DNA of 64,000 bases. Origin: Octopus bimaculoides. Its lineage: Eukaryota. The position numbers and the translations under genes are program-made. The DNA is taken from the NCBI RefSeq assembly GCF_001194135.2, contig NC_068983.1, positions 88,640,677-88,704,676 on the forward strand, in the 5' to 3' direction. Below are positions 1 through 13,167 of the stretch, one piece after another. The stretch's first letter is position 1; each line of letters begins with the position of its first letter. The notes beneath the pieces are model-generated. The model did no database searches. It was not told the origin of the DNA and saw only the letters and a list, made by a program, of their open reading frames with translations.

Positions 1-53
1 CAACCCATGCTAGCATGGAAAGCGGACGTTAAACGATGATGATGATGATGATG
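1..53 (+). mobile_element. 3' terminus of an RTE-family LINE copy with (GAT)n tail
   Basis: CCATGCTAGCATGGAAAGCGGACGTTAAACGATGATGAT is the same 3' end seen in reverse at 54-93, 40600-40660 and 63230-63280, and forward (with substitutions) at 36260-36330. Confidence 0.75.
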
Positions 54-1915
54 ATCATCGTTTAACATCTGCTTTCCATGCTAGCATGGTTTGGACGATT
101 TGACTGAGTACTGGTGAACTGGATGGCTGCACCAGGCTCCATTCTGATCTAGCAGAGTGTAGTGGGTGCTTTTACGTGCCACCAGCACGAGGGCCAGTCA
201 TGTGGTACTGGCAACAGCCACGCTCAAAATGGTGTTTTTTACGTGCCACCTGCACAAGTGCCAGTAAGGTGACGCTAGTAAGGATCACGCTCGGATGGTG
301 CTGTTAGTGCTCTACTGGCACAGGTACCAGTCATCGAATATGGTTCAATTATGATTTCGATTTCACTTGCCCCAACAGGTCTTCGCAAGCAGAGTTTAGT
401 GTCCAATGAAGGAGAGGTTGGCATGGGGGGTAGGGGTCAGTCATCGAATTTGGTTCGATTTCGATTTCAAATTTACTTGCCTCAACAAGTCTTCGCAAGC
501 AGAGTTTAGCGTCCAATGAAGTAAAGATATGAATAAGTGAGCTGGCTACACTTCTGGCAGAGGCTACAGATTATGCTTTCACTTGGCCTGCCGGGTCTTC
601 TCACGCACTGCATATTTCCAAAGGACCCGGTCACTAGTCATTGCCTCGGTGAGGCCTAAAGTTCAAAGGTCGTGCTTCACTACCTCATCCCAGGTCTTCC
701 TGGGTCTACCTCTTCCACAGGTTCCCTCAGNNNNNNNNNNCCAGGTCTTCCTGGGTCTACCTCTTCCACAGGTTCCCTCAGCGAACTTTTTCACACAGCT
801 ATCCTCATCCATTCTTGCCACATGACCATACCAGTGCAATCGTCTCCCATGCACACCACAACTGATGCTTCTTAGGTCTAACTTTTCTCTCAAGGTCGAG
901 TATGCACACTGACATTACACATCCATCGGAGTATACTGGCTTCGTTTCTTGTGAGCTTACGCATGTCCTCAGCAGCTACAGCCCATGTTTCACTGTCATG
1001 TAGCATGGCAGTTAGTAGACATGCGTCATACAGTCTGCCTTTTACCCTGAGTGAGAAGCCCTTTGTCACCAGCAGAAATAAGAGCTCTCTGAACTTTGCC
1101 CAGGCTATTCTCATTCTAGCAGCTACACTTTCAGTGCACCCTCCCCCACTACTAACTTGGTCACCTAGATAGCGGAAGCTATCAACTACATCTAGTTTTT
1201 CTCCCTGGAATGTGGCAAAGGTTGTTTTCTGCACATTTTCAGTGTCTATTGCTCCTGAGCATCTGCCACATACAAAAACTATCTTGCTAGTTTGCCTTCC
1301 TTTGATATTGCTGCATCTCTTATGTGTCCATAGCTTACACTGGGTACAACTTATGGAGTTTCTACCTACGCCTTTTATACAGATCGAGCAGGNNNNNNNN
1401 NNNNNNNNNNNNNNNNNNNNNNNNNNNNNNNNNNNNNNNNNNNNNNNNNNNNNNNNNNNNNNNNNNNNNNNNNNNNNNNNNNNNNNNNNNNNNNNNNNNN
1501 NNNNNNNNNNNNNNNNNNNNNNNNNNNNNNNNNNNNNNNNNNNNNNNNNNNNNNNNNNNNNNNNNNNNNNNNNNNNNNNNNNNNNNNNNNNNNNNNNNNN
1601 NNNNNNNNNNNNNNNNNNNNNNNNNNNNNNNNNNNNNNNNNNNNNNNNNNNNNNNNNNNNNNNNNNNNNNNNNNNNNNNNNNNNNNNNNNNNNNNNNNNN
1701 NNNNNNNNNNNNNNNNNNNNNNNNNNNNCAGGTACAGAGGTTTATCTTTGGCTAGGTATTTCTCCTGCAGCTGTCTTACCAGAAATATAGCATCAGTGGT
1801 GCTTTTCCCTGGAATGAACCCAAATTGCATCTCATCTAAGCTGACTCTCTCCCTAATTAGTTGGGCTATGACCCTCTCAGTGACCTTCATTACCTGGTCC
1901 AACAACTTGATACCT
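54..1915 (-). mobile_element. 5'-truncated RTE-clade LINE (PHD-in-RT family), RT C-half plus 3' UTR
   Basis: Minus ORFs give LDEMQFGFIPGKSTTDAIFLVRQLQEK, DSFRYLGDQV, RLHWYGHVARM and GRGRPRKTW. The 3' UTR with ~65-bp repeats and the (GAT)n tail lies at 54-580. Two assembly gaps fall inside it. Confidence 0.9.
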
Positions 1916-2289
1916 CAAATATATATACACACACACACACACACCTTTATATATATCATTTATGCACACATATATATAATCATTATCAAAAAGTGAAAAG
2001 AGCATACCTGTATTTCCATATAATTCTTTTTTTTTTTATCAGCTAAACTCAGTATCCTTTTATTGTGGCACATTACGATCAGTTTCTGTGGATAGTATTT
2101 GAAATTTAGCCAGTGTTTTATATACACATGGTAGAATTACTGGGAATTGCTACTTAAGGGAGCAATTCACCTCTAAGTTTATTATTTTTATGTTGAAAAA
2201 TCATTCTCAAAGAGTGAAAAGAGCAGACATATATTTCTATATAATTTTTTTACTTTTTTATTAGCTAAACTCCTTAAAGTCTCTGGTAG

Positions 2290-5200
2290 TCATGGATAGT
2301 ACCATTTCATCCTCTTTCTGGACTCTTTAGCTTAGGGAAACTAACCTGAATCGTGAGCTGTAAACATTGCACCAAGAAAAATGAACAAACAAGCAAGCAA
2401 GCAATGCAAAAAGCCAGCATTCAGACTCGGATGTTGGAACATAAGGACCATGACAACTGGTCTGTCAGAGGACCTTCAAGAAATCGGCAACACGCACTAG
2501 ACAGCAGCAAGCAACAACAAACTGCTTCAACTCTAAGTGAACATTGCAACACTCCAAAAAAGAAACTCCTAGACTCAGGGACCCTTCATGAAAAAGACTA
2601 TACCTTTTTTTGGCAAGGGAAAGGCACAGATGAAATCAGAGAGCATGGTGTCAGCTTTGCCGTGAAGAACTCTCTGCTGAAGTTGGTAAAACTCAACAGT
2701 GATGGCTCAGAGTGGATACTTTCACTTCTACTGCACACTTTCGATGGGCCTGTCAACCTTATCAGTGCTTATGCTCCAATCCTCTATTCCTCACAAGATG
2801 CCAAGGATAAGTTCTATGATCAGCTCTCTATGAAAATACAGGCAATCTCAAATGGAGAACAGCTGGTGCTACTTGGTGATTTCAACACCAGAGTGGGAGC
2901 TGATCACGACTACCGGCTGAGATGTCTGGGTCAGTACGGGGTTGGCAATATGAATGAAAATGGGCAATGGCTGCTTGAGCTCTGTATGCTCTATTGATTA
3001 TGTGTTACCATCACCTTCTACCAGGCTAAAGCTCAACACAGGATTTCCTGGAGTCACCCTCACTCAGGGCATTGGCACCAGCTAGATTTGATTATCACAA
3101 GACCCAAACACCTGAGGAATGTTCACCTGATTCAATCTTTTCAGAGCGCTGACTATGACATAGACCACTGCTTGGTTTGCTGTAATCTCAAATCCCAACC
3201 AAAAGTGATGCACAATGCCAAGCTCCCAGGCAAGCAGCACATCAATATTACTACAACCCAACAACCAACTAAGATAGATACATTCCTCAAGACACTGGAA
3301 AACGCCCTTCTTGCAGACCCATCAAAAGACAATGTTCAGCAGAGATAGGACTCTCTCAGAGACATCATCCATAGCACTGCACTGTGGGCCTTTGGGAGGA
3401 GGAGGAAAATGAGACATGACTGGTTTGAGGTGAATGTGAAAGAACTCAATACCCCCATGAAGGAGAAGCATAAACACCAACCCACCAGAGCAATGCTGCA
3501 AGCATTGAGATCAGCAAGGAACAGCATGCAGAAGACAGTGAGACAGTGTGCAAATGACTACTGGTAACAACTATATGCAAATATCAAACTGTCGTTTGAC
3601 ACAGGCAACATTCGTGGAATGTATGAGGGTATTAAGGAAGCCATCAGCCTAACTCAGAGCATGATAGTTCCACTCAAATCTAGAACAGGGCAATTTCTCA
3701 AGGACAAAAGAGAGCAGCTGGAGAGATGAGTGGAACATTATTCCAAAGAAAAAAAACCATCTCAGACGATGTGCTAGATACCATGGAACACCTACCTGTC
3801 ATGGAGGAGTTCAATGCACTGCAAACTGCTGATGAACTGATCAGAGCCATTGATGGCTTGCCCACTGGAAAAGCACCAGGGCTTGGATGGCATCCCACCA
3901 GAGATCCTCTGATGCGCAAGAAGAGTTCTACTTAGCCACTTGCTGAAGCAACTAAGTCAGTGCTGGGAGGAGCAATCAGACATGAGAGACTGCAACATTG
4001 TCACCCTATATAAGAACAAAGGTAACAATTGCGACTGCAATAATTACCACGGCATCTCGCTGTTAAGCATCATTGGGAAAATCTTCACCTGCATGGCCCT
4101 AAATAGGCTACAGAAAATCACTGAGAGGGTAAATATCCCGAATCTCAGTGTCGATTCAGAGCAAAACACTCCACCATCAACATGATCATCTCTCTCCGAC
4201 AGCTACAGGAAAAGTACCAAGAGCAAAGACAACCATTCTTTATCACCTTCATTGACCTCATAAAGGCTTTTGACCTAGTCAGTAGAGATGGCCTGTTCAA
4301 AATTCTTGCTAAGATTGGCTGTCCTCCAAGACTTCTCAGGATTGTTCGATTATTTCACACAGACATAAAAGGCATTGATCAAATTGATGGCTCTTTTTTG
4401 GAGGCATTCAACCTACACAACGGTGTGAAACAGGGCTGTGTACTTGCCCCCACCTTATTTAGCATCTCCTTTGTCATGCTGAAACATGCATTTGGGACAT
4501 CAACTGATGGTGTTTACCTCCACACTAGATCAAGTGGCAAACTGTTTAGTCCGTTGAGACTGAAAGCAAAATTCAAGGTGTGCCAGGTACTCATCAGGGA
4601 AAAGCTGTTTGCAGATGAAGCAGCACTGACAGCAAACTCTCAAAGGCCTGTCACGAATTCAGCATGACTATCAGTCTGAAGAAGAAGTACTGGGTCAGAG
4701 TGTCAAGCATGCCTCCACCATCACCACCAACAGCTACAAGCTGGAGGCAGTCCATTGATTCACCTATCTTAGTTCTACCATCGCTGATAACCCCTCTATG
4801 TACCCTGAGATCAACAGGTGAATCAGACAAGTATTCTCCACATTTGCCAGGCTCACAAAAAGAGTCTGGAAAAACAAAAAACTGGCTGCAAACACCTAAA
4901 TTGTTGTCTATAAGGTGTGCATCCTTAGCATGCTACTTTATGGCAGTGAGACATGGAGTCTCTACTCTAGACAAGAGCAGCGTCTCAGCGTCCTTTACCT
5001 TCGCAATTTAAGATGCATCTTGGACATCAAGTGAACCGATCACATCATCAACACCGAAATCCTCAACTGAGTCAAGATACCTAGCACCATTTGTGCTGGC
5101 TTCATCATGTTCATCACATGCTAAACGGAAGGATCCCAACAGACCTCCTGTATGGGGAATTTGCTACCAGCACAAGAGCACGAAGACAACCTCATCTTTG

Positions 5201-5540
5201 TTTCAAAGATGTCTGTAAGAGATATATGAAGTCGCTTGATCTGGACATCCTGAGATGGGAGGGGATTACAAATGATCGCCCACACTGGAAGCAAATATTG
5301 CAAAAGGGAATGAAGAGAGCAGAAACAAAACAGGTTCTTGCTATCAGAGAAAAGCACACTCGACAGAAGGAAAAATCAGTACCGGCAGAGTGCTTCTTCA
5401 AATGCAGTCACTGTATGTGTGATTGCCACTCCCATGTGGGCCTGTACAGCCACAACAGACACTACACCACCATCAGCAGCTAAAAAAAATTTCTTTGCCT
5501 GCAGATCCATGGCCTCTCAAGACCAACAGAGACCTACCTA
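2290..5540 (+). mobile_element. Near full-length decayed RTE/BovB-like LINE (APE endonuclease, RT, C-terminal Zn-finger-like motif)
   Basis: EN motifs LLGDFNTRVGAD and DHCLV; RT motifs GKAPG, NYHGISLLS, FIDLIKAFD, GVKQGCVLAPTLF, LFADE; C-terminal FKCSHCMCDCHSHVGLYSH. Many stops and frameshifts. Confidence 0.88.
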
Positions 5541-7475
5541 CAGTGTTAGAATATTTAGGACTACATTTTGAATGTATGGTGTCCCAGGTTTAATCTGGTG
5601 ATTTAAAGGAAATTTGGCTGGTATTCCTTACAGATCACATACCCATGTAGAGTTCACTCTCCTGTTGACTCAAAGTAAACACTGGTTTTGTCATGTAGTT
5701 CCAGATCAGTTGTAGGGAAAAATATGATGAAATGCATTACATTCATGACAATCCTGTCATTTGCATATCAGGAACTATATTCTTCAATATAACCTTTATT
5801 TAAGGGTGTAATTTTGGTAAGTTTTGGCTACTATTTTCAGTAGGGTAAGCTTTAACTGTTGTGTGTTTACTAAATCTTGATGTGTCTGATGGTAAAAATT
5901 ATTGTGTAAATATACAGATTTCAGACAAATCTAAAACATGTAAAAAAAAATTGAATTTTTAAAAAAGCACAAAATTTTATTGAAACAAAACTTATATTTT
6001 GAATTACATTTCGATATAGAATTAGTCTTTTCTCCACCCTTCATTTAACATGTTTCATTTGGAATACTTTTGCAAAATATTTAGATTGTAATGACAACAA
6101 AAATATTTCAGAAAATCATGAGGCCATTTACACAGCCAAAATAGATCAAACTGAGAGAATGTTCAACTAAAGATCTCTAGTTCAATCTTGACACGTTGAT
6201 ATTCTGTTTTGTTATTGAATTTTTTGCTAATTAAAATCTCTATAGATTTAGTTAGGAAAGGTGATAGAGGGGGAAGTTTTTCCAGTCACATATCAATGCA
6301 TTATCGTGATTATAATCAGACACAACAATATAAAGGAACTCACAAGAAGTTAAGACCACCAACTAGGGAAAATCAACACACCCCTTCTAGGTTTCTTACA
6401 TTCTGGACACCTGCCCACTCTCAGCTATAATCTCCAGGCAGAATTCAATTAATGACTTCCTTATAAATACCATCTTCTCCACTTGCACCCTCCTTTTATC
6501 AAATTTACTACAGCACAGCACCTCCCTCTCTATTTTCACCTTTGGATGACATTTGAAGTTGATGAGGGTTTGGTCAGAGAAATACAATCCAGTCTTCAAT
6601 CTTTTTAAATGTTCCCATTATACAATCACTTTCACTATAGCCTTTAGACAGAGGAAAATTGCCACTTCTTGCTGAAGGGGTACAGCGAGGCAATTGTTAA
6701 GTTGTCCTACTGCACAACTGTACAAACTTTGCTCAGAAAAATCTAGTGTACTTCTAGCAGATAAAAGATTATTCAATTGTAGAAGGTAGTCTATCATTTC
6801 TTGTAAACACAAGCTCCTAAAAACTTGCCACGTCTATCATAACTCCAGGTAAATAGATAGTTAATACTAGGCCAAAATGTTTTATCCACTGTGCAAAACT
6901 ATATAATATATCAGTACTTCAGTTACTTGAATGCAAACATTTAGATAGAATGATTTTGTCAAATAGATCAAACCATGCACCATACTGACACCAATGAATA
7001 CCTTAAGTTAGGAAAGCATATGCGTTAATATATATATTTATGGATATCTTTCTATTTATATCATTTTGGATCCACAGCTTAAGTTTTTCAAACTCATGTT
7101 GTCCCCTAGCAGACTGTTATTACAAGTAAGAATCTATATGCATGCATGTGTGTGTGTGTGCGTGTGTGTGTGTGTGTGCACATGTTTATGAATGTGAGTG
7201 CATATATGTGTGTGTGCTTCTGTGTGTATTTATGTAAGGAAAAAGCTGAACCAGTAGAGTGTCAGATAATACTTTTTGTAGTATTTGGTAATATTCTAAA
7301 GGTCAGATCCACCTTGCCTTTCACCTTCCCAAAAATGATCAAATATATACAGTGAATAAAATTACTTATTGTAATTGAGTTAACCGTGTCCATAGTAGAA
7401 GATAAATCCCATTATGTCCATAATTCATTAAATGAAACCCATGGAAGAATTAAAGAATATGCTTGTTTATTTCAG

Positions 7476-7679
7476 ATCAGTACAAAAATCAAGCAAGTTC
7501 ATTCAAATAAAGACCTTCTGCAACCGTCAGATCATAAATTAACAACATCATCAAATGCTTCTCTCTGGGAAACAGCATTTTCCAAATTTGCAACAGATTC
7601 AAAGACAAAGACACTCAAAATTCCTTCAGCAGTGAATAGCAAAATGGAGACAACAACAGAAAGGGAAGAAGAAACTTAA
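7476..7679 (+). CDS. Candidate terminal coding exon of an unidentified plus-strand gene (ISTKIKQVHSNKDLLQPSDHK...EREEET*)
   Basis: Acceptor tgcttgtttatttcag ends at 7475, followed by a 67-codon open S/T/K/E-rich frame to TAA. No upstream partner exon was found. Confidence 0.4.
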   Translation: MSTKIKQVHSNKDLLQPSDHKLTTSSNASLWETAFSKFATDSKTKTLKIPSAVNSKMETTTEREEET

Positions 7680-8027
7680 ATTTTGATTGTGGGAAAATTA
7701 AAATGTTGACTACTGGGAAGTATGGAGTATGTGCATATGTGTGTGGCACACACGCACACACACACACACACACACACAGAGGTATGTGTCTTGTATATAT
7801 GTGTGTCTGTGTGAGTGTGTGTATATATTTATATGCACACACATACACACACATATATATATACATATCTCTCTCTATATATACACACATGTGAATTTGA
7901 TCATATATATATTTTTGTATTTGTTAGCTATAAAGGGATTCAAGGTTTCAAGTCACTGATATAGAATTACATCTAACAAATAAAGAAATATATTACAATT
8001 CTATATTTGTGAGGTGAGGAATTTATA

Positions 8028-8340
8028 TTATGTACAGTGGTTACATTAGTTGGACTGGTGTCTTCATCTTGGTTGTTGCTTTCACAGCATTTCAGCTGTG
8101 TACACTCCAGCCTTCTTCAGACGTCTCATGATTCACCTTAGTGCTTTGCAAAACCTCTAGGTGACTACACTGCATTAACCAAAGCCTTTATCCACTATGC
8201 TACAAGCATAACATAATAGATAAAGGCATTGGTTAATGCAATGACGCATGAAGAAGGCTGGAGTGTACACAGCCAAAACATTGTGAAAGCAAAAATCAGG
8301 ATAAGGAGACCAGTCTGACTAATGTAAACACTGTACATAA
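8028..8340. mobile_element. Foldback element of two head-to-head Penelope-type 3'-end fragments with hammerhead-like motifs
   Basis: 8028-8120 is the imperfect reverse complement of about 8248-8340. An inner stem pairs 8171-8192 with 8219-8240. The arms read (C/A)TGAAGAAGGCTGGAGTGTACACAGC(TG/CA)AAA. Confidence 0.65.
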
Positions 8341-8433
8341 AGAAATATACATGTGTGTGTATGTGAGTGCATACATGTGGTTGTGTGCGTGTTTGCGTGT
8401 GTGTTTGTGTATGTGTGTTTGTATGTGTGTGCA

Positions 8434-8494
<61 letters not shown>

Positions 8495-9742
8495 AAAAAC
8501 AAAAAGAAGAAAATGCTTTGAAAACTGTCATGTATAAAAGAAAGAATTTATTTACACTTTGTAAATACTCTGTAAATATAAATGTTAAATATATTCTTTC
8601 ATTTATTCCTGATGAAGTTCACAAAGCATTTCCTTCTTTATTGTTTTTTAATATAAATTTACTCGTGTGAAACCTCTTAACATTTTATTTATATATATAT
8701 ATAAACATATATANNNNNNNNNNNNNNNNNNNNNNNNNNNNNNNNNNNNNNNNNNNNNNNNNNNNNNNNNNNNNNNNNNNNNNNNNNNNNNNNNNNNNNN
8801 NNNNNNNNNNNNNNNNNNNNNNNNNNNNNNNNNNNNNNNNNNNNNNNNNNNNNNNNNNNNNNNNNNNNNNNNNNNNNNNNNNNNNNNNNNNNNNNNNNNN
8901 NNNNNNNNNNNNNNNNNNNNNNNNNNNNNNNNNNNNNNNNNNNNNNNNNNNNNNNNNNNNNNNNNNNNNNNNNNNNNNNNNNNNNNNNNNNNNNNNNNNN
9001 NNNNNNNNNNNNNNNNNNNNNNNNNNNNNNNNNNNNNNNNNNNNNNNNNNNNNNNNNNNNNNNNNNNNNNNNNNNNNNNNNNNNNNNNNNNNNNNNNNNN
9101 NNNNNNNNNNNNNNNNNNNNNNNNNNNNNNNNNNNNNNNNNNNNNNNNNNNNNNNTATATATATATATATATATATATATGCACATACACACACATACAC
9201 ACACACACATATATATATATATATATGAGAGGGGGATATATATATATATATATATACACACACATACACATGACGATGATGATGATAATACACACACACA
9301 TTATTTGTTAGCATGTGAGTGTGTGTGTGTGTGTGTGTGTTTGATCCAGTGAAACTCAAGGTTTTAAAGATAAGGTGGTGGATGGTTGAATTCAAATTGT
9401 ACTAGTTTAAGCCCTCGTTTACCACATGTTGCACCTCCTAATTCACAGCTGAATTGTTAGCAATAGTAAGATCATCAAACTGTAATAGAAGTTTATAAAT
9501 TCCTATATTTACATGTATAACATCTTTATATGTAATCTAGACTAAGAATGTTTGGCATATGTAATTACACATTCATAACACTCACACACACATTCACAAT
9601 TACATAAGGGCACAAACATTGAGGTAAAACATTAAAAACACACTGAACACAATGATATTTTTGTTTATTATTATTTTCTAATAATAATAATAATAACAGC
9701 AATAATAATAATCATAGTAATAATAATAATAATAACAATAAT

Positions 9743-9955
9743 GGTTTCAGAATTCACCACAAGGGCAGTGATTTTGTGGGAGGGGATAAATCGATTACAT
9801 TGACCCCAGTATTCAACTGGTATTTATTTTATTGACCCCAAAAGGATGAAAGGCAAAGTCAACCTCAGCAGAATTTGAACTCAGAACATAGTGATGGGCA
9901 AATACCACTAAGCATTTCATCCAGTACACTAATGATTCTGCCAGCTCGCCACCTT
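9743..9955 (-). mobile_element. tRNA-derived SINE family A (OK-like octopus SINE)
   Basis: The minus strand has the head GGTGGCGAGCTGGCAGAATC, the B-box GAGTTCAAATTC and the body GACTTTGCCTTTCATCCTTT. It is flanked by (TAA)n on both sides. Confidence 0.8.
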
Positions 9956-9974
9956 AATAATAATGATAATAATT

Positions 9975-10917
9975 AACAAGATTATACTTACCTAGAAAGG
10001 AAGGTGGAAGAGGGTTAATATCAGTAGAAGACTGCATGAAATTAGCAAGAGTAGATATAGACTCTTATGTAGGTAATAGTGAAGAAAGTTTATCAAGGGC
10101 TGCTAGAATCTCAGCAAGACATAGGGAATCCAAAAACCAAACGAAGTTAAAAACCAGAAAAAACAACAAAGGCTATCTGACTGGCAGGAGAAGGCTTGCG
10201 TAGTAGATAACCAAAGATAATTGCAGCAAATAGTAGTAGTAAGACATGATTATGGTTGCAGAAAGGAAGGCTAAAAAGGGAGACAGAAAGTTTGTTAGTA
10301 GCAGCACAAGTTCAAGAATTAAGGACTAATTGGATGAAAGCCAAGATAAGCAAAAACCAAGTAGATTTCCAATGTAGGTTATGCAAATCAAAAGAGGAAA
10401 GTGTTACTCATATGTAACATGCTGGCACAAAGAATACAAGAGAAGACATGACAACCTAGGGATAGTTATCCACAGGGAGTTATGTAGAAAGCTAGGATTT
10501 GACCATACAGATAAATGGTATGAACATGAACCTAGTAAAGTGTTAGAAAGTAAGAAATATAAGATGTTATGGGATTTTAACATTCAAACTAATAGAGTAA
10601 TAGAAGCTAGAAAACCTGATTTAGTAGTGGCAGATAAAGAGAATAAAAAGTGCCAGATAATTGACTTTACAGTCTTAAATGATAAAGAAAATCAATATGA
10701 GAAGTATTGAAAAATAGGAACTACCCATTAAATTATAGAGACTATGGAGAGTGCAGGTAGAATGTATCCCAGTAGTTATAGGTGCATTGGGAATTATCCC
10801 TGAAGATTTGAGCAGATGGATAGAGGAAACGGGCATAAAACCCAGTTTAATATAGCTCCAGAAACTGTGTTATTGGGGACAGTTAGGATACTTAGGAGAG
10901 TTCTTGTCACCTAATGT
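9975..10917 (+). mobile_element. R4/Dong-like RLE non-LTR retrotransposon, 3' fragment (subfamily 1)
   Basis: LPRKEG-RGLISVEDC, CRLCK, KEYKRRHD, WDFNIQTNRVIEARKPDLVV (PD..D/ExK nuclease), IPVVIGALG, LLGTVRILRRVL. Confidence 0.85.
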
Positions 10918-10974
10918 TAGGAATTTTTCTTTTCCAACTGTCTACTCTATTCTGTGTATTTGAATAATAATATG

Positions 10975-12597
10975 CTAAACAGAACTGGATGTGGATACAA
11001 CTATTACAGCAAAACAATCAACCATCTCTTGTATATGGATGATTTAAAACTGTATGCTAGAAACGATAAATAACAGGAGGCATTACTCAAATAGTACATG
11101 GATTTACCAAAGAAATAAGCATGAAATTTGGCTTAGAAAAATGTGCTAAAGCAATCTTTAAAAGAGGAAAACTAGCTAAGAGTAACATCACACTAGATAA
11201 AGCAAATGAAATAAGAAAATTAGACCAAAGCCTGACTTAAAAATACTCAGGAATCGATGAACTAGATATGATATAACACACACAAATGAAAGAGAAAGTA
11301 AGAAAAGAATATTATAGATGGGTTTGATTAATGCTGAAAACAGAGCTCAATACAAAAAACAAGATAATAGGTGTCAACACTCTAGCTGTCCCAGTTATAA
11401 GTTACAGTCACAATATTCTTAACTGGACTCTAAATGAACTAATCAAAATAGACAGGAAAACGAGAGAAACAATGACAGGATTTAGGATGCACCACCTAAA
11501 ATCTGACATAGAAAGGCTGTATATACAATGTATCAAAGGTGGTAGAGGCCTTATATAGCTAGAAAACTATTACAAAATAACCACTATAGGACTACAGAAG
11601 TACCTATCTCAGAAGCAAGGAAAACTAATACAAATAACCACAAAAGGCAAACAAAGCAAAAAAAAAAAATGTTTTCTGTCTTTAAGGAAGCTAACAAATA
11701 CAAAAAAGAAGTCATAATATCTAACAGTTATGAAGAAAAAGAAGAAACAACTAAAGTCCAAACTAAAACTGGAACAACAATGTATCATGATAAAGTGATG
11801 GCAAGAAAAGCCCCTACATGGCAAATAATGGATTAAGCTAAACAGAAAAGAAGTAGACAGCAAAATCCCAACAATGGCTGAGAAGCTCAGGACTCAAAGT
11901 AGAGACTGAAGGATTTTTAATTGTATTACAAGATCAAAGCCTTCCCACCAGAAATCAACAAAAACATGTAATGAAAAGAGATGCAACTGCATAATATGTG
12001 GTGATGGAGAAGAAACAGTAAATCATATTGTCTCTAGCTGCCCAATCCTGACTAAGAAGGAATATATTCACAGACACAACAGAGTTGGGATCTATATACA
12101 CTGGAAGCTTTGCCAACACTATGGAATAACAACAGTAAAAAGATGTATAGGCACACCCCAGAAAAGGTCACAGAAAATGAGAAAGCAACCATACCTGGAA
12201 TATGCCAATATACACAGGGAAATTAAGGCCAATATGCCAGATATAGTTGTCAGAGATCACCAAGACAAAAGTGCTTTCTAATCAATGTATCAATACAAAC
12301 AGATGACAATGTTTCTCTGAAATAAACTTTCAAAATACAAAGATCTGGAAATAGAGGTTACTCAAGTGTGAAGCCTAAAAACAGAAACAGTTCCTATTAT
12401 AGTTAACACATGAGGTATGATAAAAAAACATTCTGACAAATACATAACAAAAACACCTGGGCTTACAAGTATATATAACATACAGAAAATAGCACTAGTA
12501 GGCATCACACACATCCTACGTAAAATACTTTCAATACAGTGAAAATAAGAACACCACAACAAACCACAGCACATACCCAAGGCACACAGAGCTGCAG
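10975..12597 (+). mobile_element. R4/Dong-like RLE non-LTR retrotransposon, RT5 to 3' UTR (subfamily 2)
   Basis: HLLYMDDLKLYARND, HHLKSDIERLYIQCIKGGRGLI, C-x2-C..NHIVSSC..HRHNRVG, RLE region and QKIALVGITHILRK. Many frameshifts. Confidence 0.85.
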
Positions 12598-13145
12598 CCC
12601 GGATGCAATACCAGGCAGTGGCTCTCATGGCTTCTGATCTTAATTGATTGGAAGTGTTATCATGTACATTTTTTTGTCTTGGTATAAAAAGATGGGCTAC
12701 AGCAAATATTCTGCTCAATACCACAGATTTGCTTGTCAGTTGTTTGACCTTAACCAGTTGAGCATGTCGATATGTGCATCTCTGATCACAAGCAGAAGTA
12801 GTGGGGGAGCATCATAGCCATGTGTTGAGAGGAATTCTTTGGGGTTTGAATAATTCACCTTTGGAAACATGGGTGTTTTACTCAACATCCTTAAACAAAC
12901 CTTATTCAGGGACCTTTTGATTAGGATGGGCTACTCGACCTGAAGAAAATTCTAACTGGGCCCCACCTGCGAGTTCATGCGTTGTTTATATTGATATGAG
13001 ACCACCATGTCATGCACATATGTTTGTGATGCATGTGCCTGGTGTACCCTTATCAGATGGGTAGTCATGATGGGTATATTGGACTTCGTATATTTTACCC
13101 CAGTGTCACTTTGATGGCATACACTGCTCTCTCACTTAATAATAA
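12598..13145 (+). mobile_element. Unclassified non-coding interspersed repeat ending in a (TAA)n tail
   Basis: Joined abruptly to the R4-like 3' UTR, where the 48421-49445 copy continues differently. It is more GC-rich than its flanks and ends CTCTCACTTAATAATAAT. It resembles a common octopus repeat from memory only. Confidence 0.4.
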
Positions 13146-13167
13146 TAATAATAGTAATAATAATAAT

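Noticed and set aside
6209-6848. Short ORFs on both strands and a donor-like CAG|gtaaat at 6848
   Set aside because: No recognisable domain. The phase-0 frame into the 7476 exon has a stop just before the donor.
7615-8531. ORFs rich in HT/CV/YI dipeptides (also near 39767, 44385-44856, 53994-54367 and 56833-57121) and poly-T/V/M ORFs (13550, 41550-41942)
   Set aside because: These are translations of (CA)n, (TA)n, (ACT)n and (GAT)n microsatellites. Only 54284-54414 overlaps a supported exon.
8648-9395. Long ORFs in the track containing X runs (also near 1212-1905, 25465-25841 and 48554-49148)
   Set aside because: They are open only because they cross N gaps. The non-gap parts are microsatellite or TE fragments.
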